From Azolla caroliniana (Eukaryota; Plantae; Polypodiophyta), in contig JBHGNT010000016.1 of assembly GCA_043228905.1 (NCBI GenBank), positions 4,526,001 to 4,590,000 on the forward strand: DNA of 64,000 nt, written 5' to 3'. Numbering within the stretch: position 1 is the first letter of the stretch; every line of letters starts with the position of its first letter. Positions 61,095-64,000 of the stretch are shown one piece after another. The translations under genes and the position numbers were made by a program. The notes below the pieces were generated by a model, which ran no database searches, was not told the DNA's origin, and saw only the letters and a program-made list of their open reading frames with translations.

Positions 61095-62102
61095 TCAAAC
61101 TGTATGCTGGACTCTCTATTAAAGCTTTCCTGGAGAGAGAATGTGAGTTTCACCGACGCAAAGTCAACTGCTGATAACATCTCTTCGTGCTGCTGAAAAC
61201 TATAAAGATCTGGATTGCTCAGATCTGAGTGATTAACGCACACATACATATTCCAGAGTCTTGTGATGAGATGTTTCATTGAGTGATGGCAGCAGCTTCC
61301 CTTGGAAGAAGCGACGGAGAAACTCCTTTGTCTGATGTGCAATGTAGGTCTCTCCACCCCAAATCAGTTCCCTCCTCTTATCTATTCCCACTTGCTCATC
61401 ATTCATCCATTGCAACATCTCGATTTTCCAGCCTCCCGAACCATGCAGCATTCCCGAGTTTCCGATGTCCTCTTTTGATCCCAACTCCAAGACAATCACA
61501 TCAGCAATAGCCTTCACAAAATCTATCATACACGGATTCTCGTGTAGCCGCCCATTTATATGGAATGCGAGACAAGGCCGCGACACCCTAAACCCACCTC
61601 AACTACCGGCGATTCAGCCATATCGTTACGATTGTATCAGCCCAAGTGATTGGTTGTGTTCCGCCCTCCACCCAAGTCAAGATGCCGGGGATCATCCGCC
61701 CCCACGGTTAATTATGGTCTCTAAGTAGGAAACTAGGCTCTCCAGCTGAGAAATAGGGAAATGCCATTGAACTCATGGAAACCATATTCCCGAAATAGAT
61801 CACCGGCACTACTATGCCATTTTTGAGAGGGCTCGGAATTCTGAATGTAGTATTTGATTAGGATGACTGCTTGATTGCAAATGCTTGCACTCGACCCTGG
61901 CATTATGCCACTTCTCATCGGCATCAACTTGTGGAGTTGTTCGAGCAGCTGTGGATGAGACATTTTCGCTGGGAGCTGTGGAATTTTGGTTTCTAAGGCT
62001 CAGTAGATTCCCTAATGTAGACGTTGTAGCCATTGTAGTAGCCCGTTGGAAGTCAGAATTGGCTTGCAGTAGCTGAGAAATCATGGGGTGCTCCAGTTGG
62101 AG
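61095..62102 (-). pseudogene. VLIG/GVIN1-like GTPase, copy 4, proximal segment
   Basis: Acceptor tattcgcAG at 62104-62103, then LQLEHPMISQLLQANSDFQ...; frameshifts and deletions; ends at LQESFNRESSIQFE next to the truncated copia B LTR. The upstream intron 62105-62415 is an inverted homolog of 1-311. Confidence 0.88.
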
Positions 62103-62581
62103 CTGCGAATAAACGCTTCAACACATCTCATTTACTTCTTCAAAGCTTCAAGAAACTTCACATTACCCGTCATCCATTTATACCAGTGACAACTTTTAAT
62201 GATGTAGTTAAAAGGAAGGATAATATAAAGAAATGCCCCTTGTATTAAGATTACCTTTACTAAATTTGAGAATATCAAAGTCATGAGCTAAATACAAGTG
62301 AGATCCGCACTATAGTATGATTTGTTGTAGATCTTTAGATTTCTAGTTTGATACACTTAGTGTGAGTGTGGCATACGGCAAGTGTTATATAGTCTAGCAA
62401 ATACGTGATTGATCCTATGGTCCATGACACACTGTCATGTAGCTTAGTATAAGAGATATATTCAATGCATGTAGTTTAGTATCCTATTAAATTATCGGCT
62501 TTGTGGTGACAACACTCAATTGATGTACCAATGTAGAGGTTTTCACACACGTTTATTAATATATAATTGTGTGTTGTCACG

Positions 62582-62584
<3 letters not shown>

Positions 62585-62632
<48 letters not shown>
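62585..62632. repeat. (AG)n microsatellite
   Basis: Uninterrupted GA dinucleotide run. Confidence 0.9.
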
Positions 62633-62636
<4 letters not shown>

Positions 62637-62660
62637 CACGAGGTGATTAATGGTGCTTAT

Positions 62661-63277
62661 TGTTAGGAAACAGGTCCCTCCGAATGGGAAGGAGAGCGCG
62701 AGTCGGAGAGAAGAGTAAGTTGAATTGGTCGACAGCAACTCAGCCAAGGCCGAAAAATTGATTGATTCCCAATTCGTTCGAGGCCAAAAATCGAATAATA
62801 ATCAATTCGGCTAATAGCCGAATCGGTCAAAGCTGACTCGGGGCTATATTTGCGAATAGCCTATTTGTGCCCTTAATGGGCTATATTTGCAAATAGCCCA
62901 TATTGTGTATGAGTATAAATACACTTAGGGCAAATCATTATAGTTGTGATGTATGCATAGTTGTTGTTGGTTGTTGACTCTGTAACTAAGAGAGAGTAAG
63001 AGAAAGAAAGAGTGAGTGTCTCCTCTATAACCATCGGTTTGACGAAGAAGAACTCAAGGTTGTTGCCTTGCAGTTCCTTATTGTATACTCATATAGTGAT
63101 TTCTTGGAGTTCATGGACTCCTGTGGTTTTTCCCTTTCTGGGTTTTCCACGTAAAATACTTGACATGTCTCTATAAGTTTTCATTTTCAGAATCTGTCTT
63201 CTGTTTTCTATCACTTTGATCTCTGCACCCATGTGTGCACGTGTATCAACCGATTGTAGCTGGAAGTATCCTTATCA
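62661..63277 (+). mobile_element. Solo LTR (617 bp), related to 58385-59064
   Basis: TGTTAGG...TTATCA with TSD CTTAT (62656-62660, 63278-63282). Shares the GGCTATATTTG.AAATAGCC palindrome, TATAAAT..ACTTAGGGCAAA and GGGTTTTCCACG with the other solo LTR. Confidence 0.85.
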
Positions 63278-63424
63278 CTTATGTCTTTCAAAGAAAGAGA
63301 CGTGATTCAAAAAAATCAGGCCATTTTATAGTTAACATACATGTGGTGTTCTTGGGACAGAACCCCAAATGAATTGGAACTCACTAGGGAGCCCAGTCCC
63401 AATCCCAAAGAAGAGGTCGTCCTT

Positions 63425-64000
63425 TGTTGGGACAACCAAATCCCAACAACTAGTCCTAATAGCCATATTTGGCCTATATGAGAAGGTTCATTCCCCATTT
63501 GTAGATGATTCCCTTAGGTCCCATGCTCTGAGTTTCAATTATCCTAGCTCTAAGGAGCGTGTAGTGCTTTTCACTCTCCTTTGTTGGTTTTGGGAGTTGG
63601 GGTTGAGTCGGGACAACTCCCAAAACCAACAAAGGAGAGAGAAAAGTTGTTTCGATTCAATTTTCGAAAACTTCGATTCGGTTGAATCGGCTTTCGGTTT
63701 TTTGCCCAAATATCCGAATTGGTTTTTGGTTCTGTTGTTCGGTGGTCAGCGATTACTAATACCTTTCAGTACTTTTGGTACTCCCCCTCAAGCTCGGCAA
63801 TGTAGATATCATGAGACCGAGTTCCGTCGTAAATTGTCCAAGCTTGTTGACTCCTAAGGCCTTAGTGAAGATGTCAGCAACCTGTAGATTCGTGCTAAAT
63901 CTGTGTTGTAAATCGACATCTCTAGCCTGAACGCGCTCACGGATGAAGTGGTAGTGCACTTCGATATGTTTTGTGTGCACGTGGAACACGGGTTCCGAGC
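63425..64000 (-). mobile_element. 3' end of a Ty1/copia element (RNase H, PPT, 3' LTR), cut by the window edge
   Basis: HTKHIEVHYHFIRERV...QVADIFTKAL...LRGS; PPT AGGGGGAG at 63781-63788; putative LTR about 63425-63780 (left edge uncertain). Confidence 0.8.

Overview
Eukaryotic land-plant genomic DNA with GT-AG introns, a PLS-class PPR gene, LTR retrotransposons and LINEs. It is probably a fern or other seed-free plant, but that is inference only. The main feature is a cluster of four paralogous copies of a very large GTPase of the VLIG/GVIN1-URGCP type. One copy appears intact: 3 exons, 20183-27060, about 2209 aa. Its two small 5' exons encode a MACPF-like domain of the GVIN1 N-terminal type, fused to a P-loop GTPase and a C-terminal Cys/His motif, which resembles animal interferon-inducible GVIN1. 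The other three copies (312-1608 +, 6407-18412 +, 62102-46419 -) are pseudogenes broken by stops, deletions and nested transposons. Between the convergent copies lie a PPR-E gene, a hydroxyphenylpyruvate/glyoxylate reductase gene with two intact duplicated terminal exons, and a single-B-box BBX gene with a dense G-box promoter. Mobile DNA includes four Ty1/copia elements, a tRNA-Trp-primed Ty3/gypsy element with a 4-bp TSD, three solo LTRs, two RTE/RTEX-like LINE copies, a small hAT-like element and tRNA-like SINE candidates. All family assignments come from motif recognition by eye; no database search was run.
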